Shown here in pieces: positions 31,766 to 41,979 of a DNA stretch of 64,000 nucleotides. The notes below the pieces were generated by a model. That model made no database searches. It was given only the letters and a program-made list of their open reading frames with translations, and was not told where the DNA came from. This DNA comes from Terriglobia bacterium (GTDB lineage: Bacteria; Acidobacteriota; Terriglobia; Acidiferrales; UBA7541): assembly GCA_963695545.1 (NCBI GenBank), contig OY968796.1, forward strand, positions 1,248,001 to 1,312,000. Direction: 5' to 3'. The translations under genes and the position numbers were made by a program. Numbering within the stretch: the first letter of the stretch is position 1; each line of letters begins with the position of its first letter.

Positions 31766-32566
31766 TTGGGCAAAGTAATCGCCATCGCCAATCAGAAGGG
31801 CGGCGTCGGCAAAACAACTACTGCCATCAATCTGGCCGCCTCTCTTGCCGTCTCCGATCAGCACGTTCTCCTCGTCGATTCCGATCCCCAAAGTAATACC
31901 ACCGCCGGAATAGGGTTTCCGAAGGACCCATCGCGCAGAAGCCTGTATCACGCCATGATACTTGGCGAGCCCGTTGACCGAATCATCGTAAAGACACAGG
32001 TGGATCACCTCGATTTGCTGCCATCGGAGAAGAATCTGGTCGGGGCCGCGATTGAGCTCGTCTCGGCCGAATACAGAGAATTCCGCCTCAAGAACATTAC
32101 GGATCCGCTGAAGGCCAGCTATGACTTCATTATTGTCGACTGCCCGCCGGCGCTCGACCTGCTGACATTGAACTGCCTCGTGGCCAGCGATTCGGTGCTG
32201 GTGCCGATCCAGTGCGAATACTACGCGCTCGAGGGCGTTTCGGAACTCCTGGATTCTCTGATGCGCATTCGCAAGACGCTGAACCCGCAGCTCGCAATCG
32301 AGGGGTTCTTGCCGACGATGTACGATGACCGCACGACGCTTTCGCGACAGGTCGCATCAGACCTGCGCAGCTTCTTCGGCACGCAGGTATTCGAGACCGT
32401 AATTCCAAGGAACGTGCGCCTAGCCGAGGCACCCAGTCATGGCAAGCCAATCATCTTCTACGACATGAGTAGTAAGGGCGCTGAAGCATACATTCAACTC
32501 GCCAAGGAGGTACTCGCAAATGCCCAGAAACGCCTTGGGCAAGGGGCTGGGAGCTCTCATTCGTGA
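31766..32566 (+). CDS. parA: Chromosome partitioning ATPase ParA/Soj
   Basis: ANQKGGVGKTT, DPQSN, DCPP, PIQCEYYALEG, IPRNVRLAEAPS. Confidence 0.96.
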   Translation: MGKVIAIANQKGGVGKTTTAINLAASLAVSDQHVLLVDSDPQSNTTAGIGFPKDPSRRSLYHAMILGEPVDRIIVKTQVDHLDLLPSEKNLVGAAIELVSAEYREFRLKNITDPLKASYDFIIVDCPPALDLLTLNCLVASDSVLVPIQCEYYALEGVSELLDSLMRIRKTLNPQLAIEGFLPTMYDDRTTLSRQVASDLRSFFGTQVFETVIPRNVRLAEAPSHGKPIIFYDMSSKGAEAYIQLAKEVLANAQKRLGQGAGSSHS

Positions 32567-33428
32567 GCCGGAGCCGGTAGGCGCGTCCGCCACACCCGCG
32601 GCAGTGGCCGCGGCCGCAGCGGCGCCGGCGCTCGCGCCGGCTGGCCCGTCCGGCGCGCAGATGGTGGATATCGATCTGATCGAGCCGAGTCCGTATCAGC
32701 CGCGCACGCGCTTCCGTGAGGAAGCACTGGAAGAGCTGGCTCGCTCGATCTCCACTAACGGAATCATTCAGCCGCTCGTGCTCCGCGCGATTGGCTCGCG
32801 CTTTCAACTAATCGCCGGAGAGCGACGGTGGCGCGCAGCGCAGCGCGCCGGCCTGCGCCGAGTGCCGAGCATTTTGCGCGACGTGCCGGAAGAACTCGCG
32901 CTCGAAATCACACTCGTCGAAAACATTCAGCGCGAAGACTTAAATCCGATCGAGCAGGCGCGGGCATTTGAGCGGCTAATGACGGAGTTTCACCTGACCC
33001 AGGAAGACGTGGCTGTGCGCACCGGCAAGGATCGGGCGACGGTCGCGAATTCCCTGCGCCTGCTGAAGCTTGAAAAGTCCGTTCTTGAAGCGATCGAGGA
33101 CGGCAAGATTTCTGCTGGCCACGGTCGCGCGCTGCTCGGCGTGGCAGATCCGAAGGTGCGCGCTGCTCTGGCGGCGCGAGCCTCGCGCGGCGGTCTGACT
33201 GTGCGCCAGATCGAGCGAATCGGCTCGCGGCGCGCTCGCAAAATCGAACGCACGGAGGAAGCTCCGGCCGCCGATCCGAACGTGCGAGCGGCCATCGAGG
33301 AATTGCAGCGCCATTTGGGCACTCGGGTCACACTACGGCCGCCCAGCAACAAGTTTCCAGGACAACTGCGGATCGAGTATTACGAAGACACGCAGCTCTC
33401 GGGAATTTATGAGAAGCTCATGAAATAA
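32520..33428 (+). CDS. parB: Chromosome partitioning protein ParB
   Basis: ALGKGLGALI, QPR, IAGERRWRAA, ENIQREDLNPIE. Confidence 0.96.
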   Translation: MPRNALGKGLGALIREPEPVGASATPAAVAAAAAAPALAPAGPSGAQMVDIDLIEPSPYQPRTRFREEALEELARSISTNGIIQPLVLRAIGSRFQLIAGERRWRAAQRAGLRRVPSILRDVPEELALEITLVENIQREDLNPIEQARAFERLMTEFHLTQEDVAVRTGKDRATVANSLRLLKLEKSVLEAIEDGKISAGHGRALLGVADPKVRAALAARASRGGLTVRQIERIGSRRARKIERTEEAPAADPNVRAAIEELQRHLGTRVTLRPPSNKFPGQLRIEYYEDTQLSGIYEKLMK

Positions 33429-33558
33429 CTATGGATGTAGTAGTTTAATCTTTGGCGCGGCCGCGCATCGCGCGTCTTGCCGACGGGCTGCGACGCGGTG
33501 CAAAATGGGACTCTTTGAACGGAGCAACGCGCTGAGCGCAATCTTGTCGAGGTGAATC

Positions 33559-33990
33559 GTGAGCTGGCCATTTTCTAAGCGAGACTCCGGCGAAGTGTCG
33601 GGCGATTGGACCGGCTTTCTCGACAAGGGCGTCCATCTCGAGGGCACGTTAGAACTGCCCGGAACATTTCGCCTCGACGCTTCCGTCAAGGGCAACATCC
33701 TCTCGAACCACAGCCTCATCCTAGGCGAAGGCGCGCGTGTGGAAGGCCAAATCGAAGGAAATCACATCGCGATTTCCGGCCATTTCGATGGCGTGATTTT
33801 CGCGAAGGGCCGAGTCGAGATTCTTGCCAAGGGCGTAGTCACCGGCGAAATTCACTCCCCGTGCCTCGTGATTGAGGCGGGCGGAATCTTTGACGGCAAA
33901 TGCCACATGCTGGCTGCGTCCGAGGCCGCGGGGCCGATCACCATTCCGATTCGATCCGTGCGCGGTCGCGGCACGGCGAAATCCTCTTAG
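33559..33990 (+). CDS. Bactofilin (polymer-forming cytoskeletal protein)
   Basis: Beta-helix repeats ending IEAGGIFDGKCHM; follows parB. Confidence 0.88.
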   Translation: MSWPFSKRDSGEVSGDWTGFLDKGVHLEGTLELPGTFRLDASVKGNILSNHSLILGEGARVEGQIEGNHIAISGHFDGVIFAKGRVEILAKGVVTGEIHSPCLVIEAGGIFDGKCHMLAASEAAGPITIPIRSVRGRGTAKSS

Positions 33991-34073
33991 ACCTTCATGT
34001 TTTGCAATCGTGACGCACGCCTGCGGTAGCCTCAGCATGTCTGCGCGCATCTAACATTTTTCAATCCCGCCTC

Positions 34074-35291
34074 ATGGACACAATCACACACGGAATCGTC
34101 GGAGCGCTGATCGGGAAAGCATTTTTCGCGGGGCGCGACGAACCAGCGGTGAACGGGCAGTCCGCGCGAAGCGATCGCGGGGCGCGCGTCGCTATCGTGG
34201 CGACCACGCTCGGCGCGATCTTTCCCGATATCGATACGTTCGCCGGCCCGCTCGCGCACAATCCTTTCGCGATCATGGAGTGGCACCGCAACATCACGCA
34301 TTCACTCGTGATGTTGCCGGTGTGGGCGATTTTGTTGGCGCTTCTGACGCGAATTCTCGTGCGCTGGCGAGATTGGGAATCGCCATCGTGGCCCCGCCTG
34401 TTCGTGATCTACGCGGTCGGACTTGCGAGCCACATTTTTCTCGATGTCATCACATCGTTCGGAACGATGGTTTGGAGTCCGGTGCGCTACACGCGCGTGG
34501 CGTGGGACTGGATGTTCATCCTGGATTTCACGCTGGTCGCGCTCGCGCTCGTGCCGCAACTCGTGGCTTGGTCCCTGCGGAGGCCCGCTCGTCAGAAGCT
34601 GCGCGCGGTCTGCATATGGATTGCGTGCACCGCCGCCGCGTTCGGAATTTACGCCCTGGCTTCAGCCGCCGGCTATCCTTTCGGTCGCTGGGTGGTGGGT
34701 CTGGCAAGCGGCCTCGTGGCGCTGGCGGTCGGCATGGCGGCGATTGAAGGCTGGGGATTTAGGGTGCGGCGCTCGACCTGGTGCCGCGTGGGAGTCCTGC
34801 TGGTTGCGGCATACATCGCGCTCGCGGGATTTGCACATCATGCGGCGCTTGCGCGCACCGAATCATTTGCGGAGGCGCGGCATCTGCGTGTCGAGAGTCT
34901 TGGCGCGCTGCCGTCGCCGCCTTCGGTCGCAACGTGGGAAGGTTTGGTGCGCACGCCCGATGGGGTATATCGCCTGCCGATGGATTTGCGCCACGCGGCG
35001 ACGCCGGCAGCAGTCTATTACGCGGACACAGCGAGCAGCCGAACGATCCGCGACGCGGACGACCTGCGCCCGGTGCAAGTCTACTTATGGTTTGCGCGAT
35101 TTCCGTGGTTCCGCTGGAGCGAGCACGATGGCCAGCGCGTGCTCGACATTTCCGATCTGCAATTTCTGCGCATCACCGAGGGTCCGGCGAATGCGACGAT
35201 CCGCCCGGGTGCCGCGAACTTCACAATGGAAGTGACCTTCGATCGATCGGGGCACGCGGTGTCTGCGGATTGGGCGCAGCCGGAAAAATGA
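34074..35291 (+). CDS. Membrane metal-dependent hydrolase (YdjM/DUF457-like)
   Basis: MDTITHG, PDID, HRNITHSL, SHIFLDVITSFGT. Confidence 0.88.
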   Translation: MDTITHGIVGALIGKAFFAGRDEPAVNGQSARSDRGARVAIVATTLGAIFPDIDTFAGPLAHNPFAIMEWHRNITHSLVMLPVWAILLALLTRILVRWRDWESPSWPRLFVIYAVGLASHIFLDVITSFGTMVWSPVRYTRVAWDWMFILDFTLVALALVPQLVAWSLRRPARQKLRAVCIWIACTAAAFGIYALASAAGYPFGRWVVGLASGLVALAVGMAAIEGWGFRVRRSTWCRVGVLLVAAYIALAGFAHHAALARTESFAEARHLRVESLGALPSPPSVATWEGLVRTPDGVYRLPMDLRHAATPAAVYYADTASSRTIRDADDLRPVQVYLWFARFPWFRWSEHDGQRVLDISDLQFLRITEGPANATIRPGAANFTMEVTFDRSGHAVSADWAQPEK

Positions 35292-35355
35292 CGCCGGCTG
35301 CATTTCTAAATTTTACGGGATTCGCGGCGCGCGCCGAACTTCGGTGTAGATACGT

Positions 35356-35904
35356 TCAGCGGGCCGCGGCCGGATAGACGACAACCTGGCGCTCTTCGCC
35401 GTCGCCTTCGCTCGCTGTGCGCACTCCGGCTTCCTCTTGCAGCGCCAAATGCACGATGCGGCGTTCGCGCGCGGACATCGGATTGAAGCGGAACGGCGCC
35501 TTGGTTTCGCGCACGCGTTCGGCGGCCACCTGCGCCGAAAGGCGCAGCTCCTCGATGCGCATGCCGCGATAGCCGCCCGAATCGAAGCGCACGCGGTCAA
35601 AAAGCTGGGGATCGAGGCGAATCCATCGCAATGCGATATATTCAAGCGACTTCAGCAACTCGGCATTGTGCTCGAGCAAAAGTTCCTGATCCGCGCCGCT
35701 GAAATCGACGCTCACTTCCGGGTGCTCGTAGCCCGGGGCGCTCGCGGCGTCAGGCTCCTGGCGAATTTTGTACGAGACATCGAGGCGCGCCTTGGGCAGC
35801 AATGCATCAAGACACCGAGCGAGAGCCGCCGAGACTTGCTCGCGATCAATGTGCCCTTCGCGGACCAGTGGCGAAGCGGCCGGTTGTGATTTTGGCTGGG
35901 GCAT
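35356..35904 (-). CDS. jag: Jag/KhpB-like KH-R3H RNA-binding protein (short form)
   Basis: PMSARERRIVHLAL R3H motif, SEGDGEERQVV; downstream of yidC. Confidence 0.88.
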   Translation of the reverse strand: MPQPKSQPAASPLVREGHIDREQVSAALARCLDALLPKARLDVSYKIRQEPDAASAPGYEHPEVSVDFSGADQELLLEHNAELLKSLEYIALRWIRLDPQLFDRVRFDSGGYRGMRIEELRLSAQVAAERVRETKAPFRFNPMSARERRIVHLALQEEAGVRTASEGDGEERQVVVYPAAAR

Positions 35905-35931
35905 CGGCGATCGAAGTTTCTTGAACGTTTC

Positions 35932-37680
35932 CTAGTTCTTCTTGGGGCCGCGTCCCCGTCCGGCTTTCGGGGGCGGCGGCATGGTGCGGTTCAAGTAATA
36001 CTGCTGCGCCATTCCCACAAGGTTGCTGGTCACAATATATAACGCGAGACCGCTCGGATAAAAAATAAAGAAGACCGCGAACATCACGGGCATCAACGCC
36101 ATCATGCGCTGCTGCGCCGGGTCCACCTGCGGCGTGGGCGTCATCTTCTGCATCAGGTACGCGGTGACGCCGTAGAGCGCCGGCAAAATGTAGTGCGGGT
36201 CGGGCGCGGAGAGGTCGTGCAGCAAATAAAAATGCCAAAGCATCCACGGGGCATGTCGCAAATCGATGGTGTACGCCAGCATGCGGTAGAACGCGAACCA
36301 GATGGGAAATTGAATCAGCATCGGCCAGCAGGAACCCAGCGGATTGATTCCCTCGCGTGAATACAGCGCCATCATTTCTTCGTTCATCTTCTGCTTGCGC
36401 GGATCGCGCATGCCGAACTTCTTGTATTTTTCCTGGATGGCTTTGATCTCAGGCGAAACGCGCTGCATTTTCTGCGCCGAGCGCATGCCCTTGGCCTTCA
36501 GCGGATACAGCAACATGTTGATGAAGATCGTGAGCACCACGATCGCCCAGCCCCAGTCCGGCACATAGTCGTGCACCCAGCGCAGCGCATAGAACAGCGG
36601 TTCGGAAAGAACCGTGAACCATCCAAAATTCAAGATGTCGTTGAGCGGCGGCCGAATGGCTTTGAGCGCGTCGAGACTCTTGGGACCTACGTAAATTCGC
36701 ACGGAGAGCGGACCGTTCCCGGTCGTACCCGCCGCCATTTCCGGGGTCAGTTGAGTTGTAACCTTGTCGCCATCCTGGATTTCCTGACTCGAGGCCCAAT
36801 CGGTCAGCGTCAGGTCCGGCGTGACAGCGCCCGCGGAGCTCTCCGGCGACAAGAACGCCGCGGCAAAATATTGGTCTTCGATGCCGGCGAACTCGAACGG
36901 GCCAGTCAATGTCGTGCGCACGGTAGGTTGTTTCGGCTGGCCCAAATTCTTCGCGGCGAGCGCCGTGAGCTTGGTGGCCTGGCTGTAGAAAACTTGCACG
37001 CCTTGCACACCGCGCCGATAGCCGTGCACGGTGGGGTCGCCGAAGCCGCCGCGCCAGGCGAGGCCGGCAGGCAGCGGCTGTCCATCCTTGCGCACGGTGA
37101 CGTCGGCCTCGACGATGTAATCGTTGCCGAATTTCAGATGCTTGGTCACTTCGAGATGGCCGTCGCTCCACACCATCTCAAGTTCGGCCGGCGCCTCGAT
37201 CACGCCGGGAGCTGCGGCGCCGGCAACATTGATTTCGTAAAATCCGGAATTGGCCGCGGCTTCGAGTTGCGGATCGCTCAACGCGACCGAGAATGGCCAC
37301 GCGTCTTCTTGCCGGGCGATATCGGTGTGAACCAAATCGAGGGGTTGCGGGGGTTGGGCGTCGTTGGTGTATTTGCGAAGTTGCCAGCTTCGAACCACCC
37401 CGCCGCGATTCCAAATCTCCACGCGATAGAGCGGGCTTTCGACGACCACGCTGTGTTCGCTCGCCGCGGCCCGCACCGCGACGACGGCGGGCGCCGCGTT
37501 GACCACCGGAGTATTGGATGTCTGCGTCTGCGGCGCGGCGGTTGTGGTCGCGCTCGCGGGCGCTTGCTGACCGGGCGGAGGCTGCGGTGGCGCTTTATAG
37601 AGATACGACGAGGCGAGAATGACGATCAGCGAAAGCGCTGCGGCCAGCACTACGCGAGTCTGGTCTGAGGTTTCCTTCAC
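35932..37680 (-). CDS. yidC: Membrane protein insertase YidC
   Basis: WGWAIVVLT, NPLGSCWPMLIQFPIW, DLSAPDP, PSGLALY. Confidence 0.96.
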   Translation of the reverse strand: MKETSDQTRVVLAAALSLIVILASSYLYKAPPQPPPGQQAPASATTTAAPQTQTSNTPVVNAAPAVVAVRAAASEHSVVVESPLYRVEIWNRGGVVRSWQLRKYTNDAQPPQPLDLVHTDIARQEDAWPFSVALSDPQLEAAANSGFYEINVAGAAAPGVIEAPAELEMVWSDGHLEVTKHLKFGNDYIVEADVTVRKDGQPLPAGLAWRGGFGDPTVHGYRRGVQGVQVFYSQATKLTALAAKNLGQPKQPTVRTTLTGPFEFAGIEDQYFAAAFLSPESSAGAVTPDLTLTDWASSQEIQDGDKVTTQLTPEMAAGTTGNGPLSVRIYVGPKSLDALKAIRPPLNDILNFGWFTVLSEPLFYALRWVHDYVPDWGWAIVVLTIFINMLLYPLKAKGMRSAQKMQRVSPEIKAIQEKYKKFGMRDPRKQKMNEEMMALYSREGINPLGSCWPMLIQFPIWFAFYRMLAYTIDLRHAPWMLWHFYLLHDLSAPDPHYILPALYGVTAYLMQKMTPTPQVDPAQQRMMALMPVMFAVFFIFYPSGLALYIVTSNLVGMAQQYYLNRTMPPPPKAGRGRGPKKN

Positions 37681-37931
37681 GACCGCGCCCCACTCGCGCG
37701 CGAGACGCGATGCGATTCAGTTTCGTCCAGGCGCTCGGGAACGGGATCGAAGCCGCCGGGCCCAAATGGATGGCAGCGCCCGAGCCGGCGCAACGCCAGC
37801 CACGCGCCGCGGCGCGCTCCGTGCACGCGGATGGCTTCCGCGGCGTAGCGCGAACAAGTAGGATGAAATTTACAGGGCGAAACCATCAGCGGCGAGAGCA
37901 CGCCCTGATACGCGCCGATCACGCCCAGCAA
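37677..37931 (-). CDS. yidD: Membrane protein insertion efficiency factor YidD (start uncertain: TTG 37931 or ATG 38105)
   Basis: YQGVLSP, CKFHPTCSRYA, RLGRCHPFGPGGFDPVP. Confidence 0.88.
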   Translation of the reverse strand: MLGVIGAYQGVLSPLMVSPCKFHPTCSRYAAEAIRVHGARRGAWLALRRLGRCHPFGPGGFDPVPERLDETESHRVSRASGARS

Positions 37932-37957
37932 AATTCGCGCCTTCCAATCCGGGCGAG

Positions 37958-38428
37958 CTAGTGCGGCGTCGCGCGGGGCCGCGCCGGCGGCGGATTCCGC
38001 AGCGGGCTCCGCAGCACGCCCTGCACCAGATTCCGCAACTCCGCTTCGAGCGGCGTGAACGGCGCTTCGGCCACCGAGCGTCGCGGATGAATCACGATGT
38101 CCCATCCCGTCGGATACTCCGATCGATTGCGCCGCAGAATTTCGCGAATGCGGCGCCGTATGCGGTTGCGTACCACCGCGCTCCCCAGCGCTTTTTTCAC
38201 GCTGATGCCGAAACGGCTGCGCGAGAGACTATTCGCGCGATAGAAAATTGCGAACTGCGGACTGGAACGCCTCTGGCCGCCGCGATACACGGCCTCAAAA
38301 TCCGAGCGGCGCAGCAGGCGCGCGTCCCGGGGAAAACCGAGTCCGCCGCCGGCCGAAGCGCCTTGCTCAGATGGGCGTAAGTTTATGGCGTCCCTTCTTG
38401 CGGCGCGCCGCCAGCACCTTGCGTCCAC
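37958..38428 (-). CDS. rnpA: Ribonuclease P protein component (start uncertain)
   Basis: [33 protein letters not shown]. Confidence 0.92.
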   Translation of the reverse strand: MDARCWRRAARRDAINLRPSEQGASAGGGLGFPRDARLLRRSDFEAVYRGGQRRSSPQFAIFYRANSLSRSRFGISVKKALGSAVVRNRIRRRIREILRRNRSEYPTGWDIVIHPRRSVAEAPFTPLEAELRNLVQGVLRSPLRNPPPARPRATPH

Positions 38429-38507
38429 CGACCGTTTTCATGCGCGTACGAAATCCGTGCGTTTTGTGACGGCGGCGCACTTTGGGTTGAAAGGTGCGTT
38501 TCGGCAA
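38367..38507 (-). CDS. rpmH: 50S ribosomal protein L34
   Basis: Not in ORF track; TTG start, [46 protein letters not shown]. Confidence 0.96.
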   Translation of the reverse strand: MPKRTFQPKVRRRHKTHGFRTRMKTVGGRKVLAARRKKGRHKLTPI

Positions 38508-38735
38508 GAAGGCCCCCTCGGTCCGCCTCGGCGGACCAAATCAAAACCATCAGTCTATGCGACCACGCTCGGGCGGTCAACTTAAGCGCCCGCGCGCAGC
38601 TCTTCTATTTAAGACGGATGGCCTTGTCGAATATTTCGATCAGCGAGGAATCGGGCCTCGCTCGGAGGCAGCCGGCGCGCGTCGCGGCAAGTTCCGGTAC
38701 CGCGACACCGAGCCGCTCGAACCGATCAATTGAAT

Positions 38736-39035
38736 CTAGTGCTGATTCTTGTCCGGATGACCATTCCCATGATCCGGCTGAGCATGGCGGTAGTTCCAAT
38801 ACGCCTTCTGATCGTCTGGTTTCAGTTTGTTGTATGGCACATACGCCCGATTGTTGGTAGAAAGCCAGCCGCGGTAATACACGTCTTCGCCGTTGTTCCA
38901 ATAATGATAGTCGCCGTAGTAGGGGTCGTAGACGCTGTAGCCCACGCGCGCGGCGCAGCCCGTGGTAGTCAAAACTGGAGCCGTGATCGTCGAGGCCAGA
39001 AAGATTAATCCGAGAATTCGTTTTGCACGGGTCAT
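38736..39035 (-). CDS. Small lipoprotein-like hypothetical protein
   Basis: Signal peptide with TTGC lipobox-like site; Tyr/Trp-rich body; GGAG RBS. Confidence 0.75.
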   Translation of the reverse strand: MTRAKRILGLIFLASTITAPVLTTTGCAARVGYSVYDPYYGDYHYWNNGEDVYYRGWLSTNNRAYVPYNKLKPDDQKAYWNYRHAQPDHGNGHPDKNQH

Positions 39036-39210
39036 GGCGAAACTCCTCCGTCAAAAAGTGTAGCCTCGCCGCTGGGTGCGGGCCTTAAGCGCATCCATAC
39101 CTGCAATTATGATGCGAAATTCGCGCCAATCGTTTCGATGCGGCTTTGCTGTCGATCACACCACGTTTCTGCGGTTCGGCGTCGGCCTGCTACAATAAAT
39201 TCCGACCAAA

Positions 39211-40560
39211 ATGTTCGACAACCTCACCGACAAGCTCCAGCGCGTCTTCAAGAATCTGCGCGGTCAAGGCAAGCTGAGCGAAGAGCACCTCGATCAAGCG
39301 CTCACCGGCATCCGCGAAGCGCTGCTCGAAGGCGACGTCAACGTCGGCGTGGCCGACGAACTCCTCGCGCACATCCGCGAAAAATCTCTCGGCGCGGAAG
39401 TGCTGCTGCAACTTTCGCCAGACCAGCACGTCATCAAAATCGTTCGCGACGAACTGCTCACCCTGCTCGGCAAGCACGCGAAGCCGCTCTTCGCCTCGCG
39501 CCCGCCGTCGGTGTGGATGATGGTCGGCCTGCAGGGCTCGGGCAAAACCACCACCACAGGAAAACTCGCCAAATGGCTGGCCGGGCACGGTCACCGTCCG
39601 ATGGTGGTTTCAACCGACGTGTATCGCCCCGCAGCGCGCGAGCAATTGGCGCAAGTGGCGAAAGCCGTTGGCGCGCCCATCTGGCCCGGCGCAGGAACCG
39701 ATAAGCCGCTCGAAATCGTGCGCGGCGCGATTCGCGAAGCGAAGTTGTCCGCGTCCGACGTGATCCTGATCGATACAGCCGGGCGATTGCACATCGACGA
39801 AGACCTGATGGTCGAGCTGAGCAATCTCAAACGCGAGCTGACCCCGTCGGAAATCCTTTTCGTCGCCGATGCCATGACCGGCCAGGACGCTGTGCGCTCC
39901 GCGGGAGAATTCCATCGCCGGCTTGGCCTCACGGGCGTGGTGCTCACGAAACTCGATGGCGATGCGCGCGGCGGTGCGGCGCTCTCGATCGGCAAGGTCA
40001 CGGGCGCGGCGGTGAAATTCGTAGGCACGGGCGAAAAATACGACGCGCTCGACGCGTTTTATCCCGACCGCATCGTTTCGCGCGTCCTGGGCATGGGCGA
40101 CGTGCTTTCACTGATCGAGCGCGTCGAGCACTCCGTCGACGAAAAGCAAGCCGCCGAAATGGAGCGCAAGCTCCGCCGCAGCGAATTCACGCTCGAAGAT
40201 TTCCGCGATCAATTGCGCCAGGTTCGCAAGATGGGACCGCTCGAACAAGTGCTCGGAATGCTGCCCAAAGTCGGCCCTCTCGCAAATCTTCCGAAAGACA
40301 CGCAGATCGACGAATCGCGCTTGAAGCGCGTCGAGGCCGTCATCAATTCGATGACGGCGTCCGAACGCGCCGATCACGCCCTGCTCGACGGCAAGCGCCG
40401 CAAACGCATCGCGCGCGGCAGCGGCACCAGCGTGCAGGAAGTCAATCAGGTCGTGAAGCAATATCTGCAGATGCGGCAGATGGTGAAGCAATACGGCGCG
40501 TTGGCCGCTAAAGGCCGCCTGCGCGGGATGAGCGGCGGCGGAGCGAAGCCCGGCGCTTAG
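39211..40560 (+). CDS. ffh: Signal recognition particle protein
   Basis: GLQGSGKTT, DTAGR, TKLDGDARGG, LGMGD, RIARGSG. Confidence 0.97.
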   Translation: MFDNLTDKLQRVFKNLRGQGKLSEEHLDQALTGIREALLEGDVNVGVADELLAHIREKSLGAEVLLQLSPDQHVIKIVRDELLTLLGKHAKPLFASRPPSVWMMVGLQGSGKTTTTGKLAKWLAGHGHRPMVVSTDVYRPAAREQLAQVAKAVGAPIWPGAGTDKPLEIVRGAIREAKLSASDVILIDTAGRLHIDEDLMVELSNLKRELTPSEILFVADAMTGQDAVRSAGEFHRRLGLTGVVLTKLDGDARGGAALSIGKVTGAAVKFVGTGEKYDALDAFYPDRIVSRVLGMGDVLSLIERVEHSVDEKQAAEMERKLRRSEFTLEDFRDQLRQVRKMGPLEQVLGMLPKVGPLANLPKDTQIDESRLKRVEAVINSMTASERADHALLDGKRRKRIARGSGTSVQEVNQVVKQYLQMRQMVKQYGALAAKGRLRGMSGGGAKPGA

Positions 40561-40709
40561 CTCCGCGTCAAATCGTTGTGCAGTCTCTGCGAACGGAAAT
40601 ACGCGGCAGTTGCCGCCGCGCGCGAGCGAACCCCTAAGAGCGCGCGGCGCATCCAATCCGCGTTGCGCGACATCCAGTTTTTGACCGCCATTTTTCGGAG
40701 AGACGCTGC

Positions 40710-41294
40710 ATGAAGAGATGTCTCGCTGCGCTCGGCTTGATAGCTACGCTGGCATCGCCATCGATGGCCGCCACATCCCAATGGAACATCGATCCGGCGC
40801 ATTCGAGCGCGCAATTCTCCGTAACCCACCTCGGAATTTCAGACGTTACGGGAAATTTTACAATCGTCAGCGGCTCTGCGACGATCGATGATGACGATCT
40901 CTCGAAGTCCAGCGTCACCGCCGCGATCGACGTGAGCTCCATCGACACCGGCATCTCGATGCGCGATAACGACCTGAAGGGCGCGAATTTCTTCAATGTC
41001 GCTGCCTACCCGACCATGACCTTCCAATCCACGAAGATTTGGAAGACCGGCGACGGCACTGCGAAGATGACTGGCAATCTGACCCTGCACGGGGTCACCA
41101 AAGAAGTGACTTTCGACGTGCGGGGCCCCACGCCCGTGACCAACCAAGTTGGGCAACGCCTCAGTGCGGGAGCGATGGCCACGATCAGTCGCAAGGATTT
41201 CGGCATGAACTCTAACTCAACGGCAATCGGAGACGCAGTCGCCATCACACTCGACGTCGAATTGGTGAAGGCCGGCGCCACGCCCGGCCATTGA
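40710..41294 (+). CDS. YceI-family protein
   Basis: WNIDPAHS, SIDTG..RDNDL, GNLTLHGVTK. Confidence 0.92.
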   Translation: MKRCLAALGLIATLASPSMAATSQWNIDPAHSSAQFSVTHLGISDVTGNFTIVSGSATIDDDDLSKSSVTAAIDVSSIDTGISMRDNDLKGANFFNVAAYPTMTFQSTKIWKTGDGTAKMTGNLTLHGVTKEVTFDVRGPTPVTNQVGQRLSAGAMATISRKDFGMNSNSTAIGDAVAITLDVELVKAGATPGH

Positions 41295-41407
41295 TTAGGG
41301 CAGAATCCCGAATCGGATGGCGGAAGCGTGCATCGACACGCCTCCGGATAGCGCTTCGGGAAACGCGCAATTTACGCTATACTTACAGGGTTTCGGAGGA
41401 ACATCGC

Positions 41408-41647
41408 GTGCTGGCTATACGTCTGGCAAGAATCGGAAAGACCAAGAAGCCGTTTTATCGCGTTGTGGTGATCGACAAGCGGCGGCCGCGCAACGGCCGT
41501 TTTGTCGAGATCGTGGGCACCTACGATCCGCTGAAGAATCCCGCGGAGATCAAACTCGAAGTCGAGCGCATCCAGTACTGGATGGGCCTTGGCGCCCAGC
41601 CGAGCCACACCGTGCGCAGCTTCTTGCACAACCAAAAGATCGCCTGA
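41408..41647 (+). CDS. rpsP: 30S ribosomal protein S16
   Basis: GTG start with GGAGG RBS; LAIRLARIGKTKKPFYRVVV...GAQPS. Confidence 0.96.
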   Translation: MLAIRLARIGKTKKPFYRVVVIDKRRPRNGRFVEIVGTYDPLKNPAEIKLEVERIQYWMGLGAQPSHTVRSFLHNQKIA

Positions 41648-41748
41648 AGCGTCCAACTGGCAATTGAGCAATTCGAGCTCGTCCCGCAAGCTGCGGGACT
41701 TCTGCGCGCGATATCTCCTGCTGATACCGCCACGCGAGGGAGGCCCAG

Positions 41749-41979
41749 GTGAAAGATCTCGTTGAGGCGATTGCGAAGGCTCTCGTGGATCATCCCGATC
41801 AAGTGCAAGTGCGAGCGGTTGAAGGCGAACAGGTGACCGTCCTCGAGCTGCGCGTCGATCCGACCGATCTCGGCAAAGTGATCGGCCGCCAAGGCCGCAC
41901 GGCCAAATCCATCCGCACGATTCTGGGCGCCGCCGGCATGAAAATCCGCAAGCGGCTGACGCTCGAAATCCTCGAGTAG
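41749..41979 (+). CDS. khpA: KH-domain RNA-binding protein
   Basis: [18 protein letters not shown]; located between rpsP and rimM. Confidence 0.93.
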   Translation: MKDLVEAIAKALVDHPDQVQVRAVEGEQVTVLELRVDPTDLGKVIGRQGRTAKSIRTILGAAGMKIRKRLTLEILE

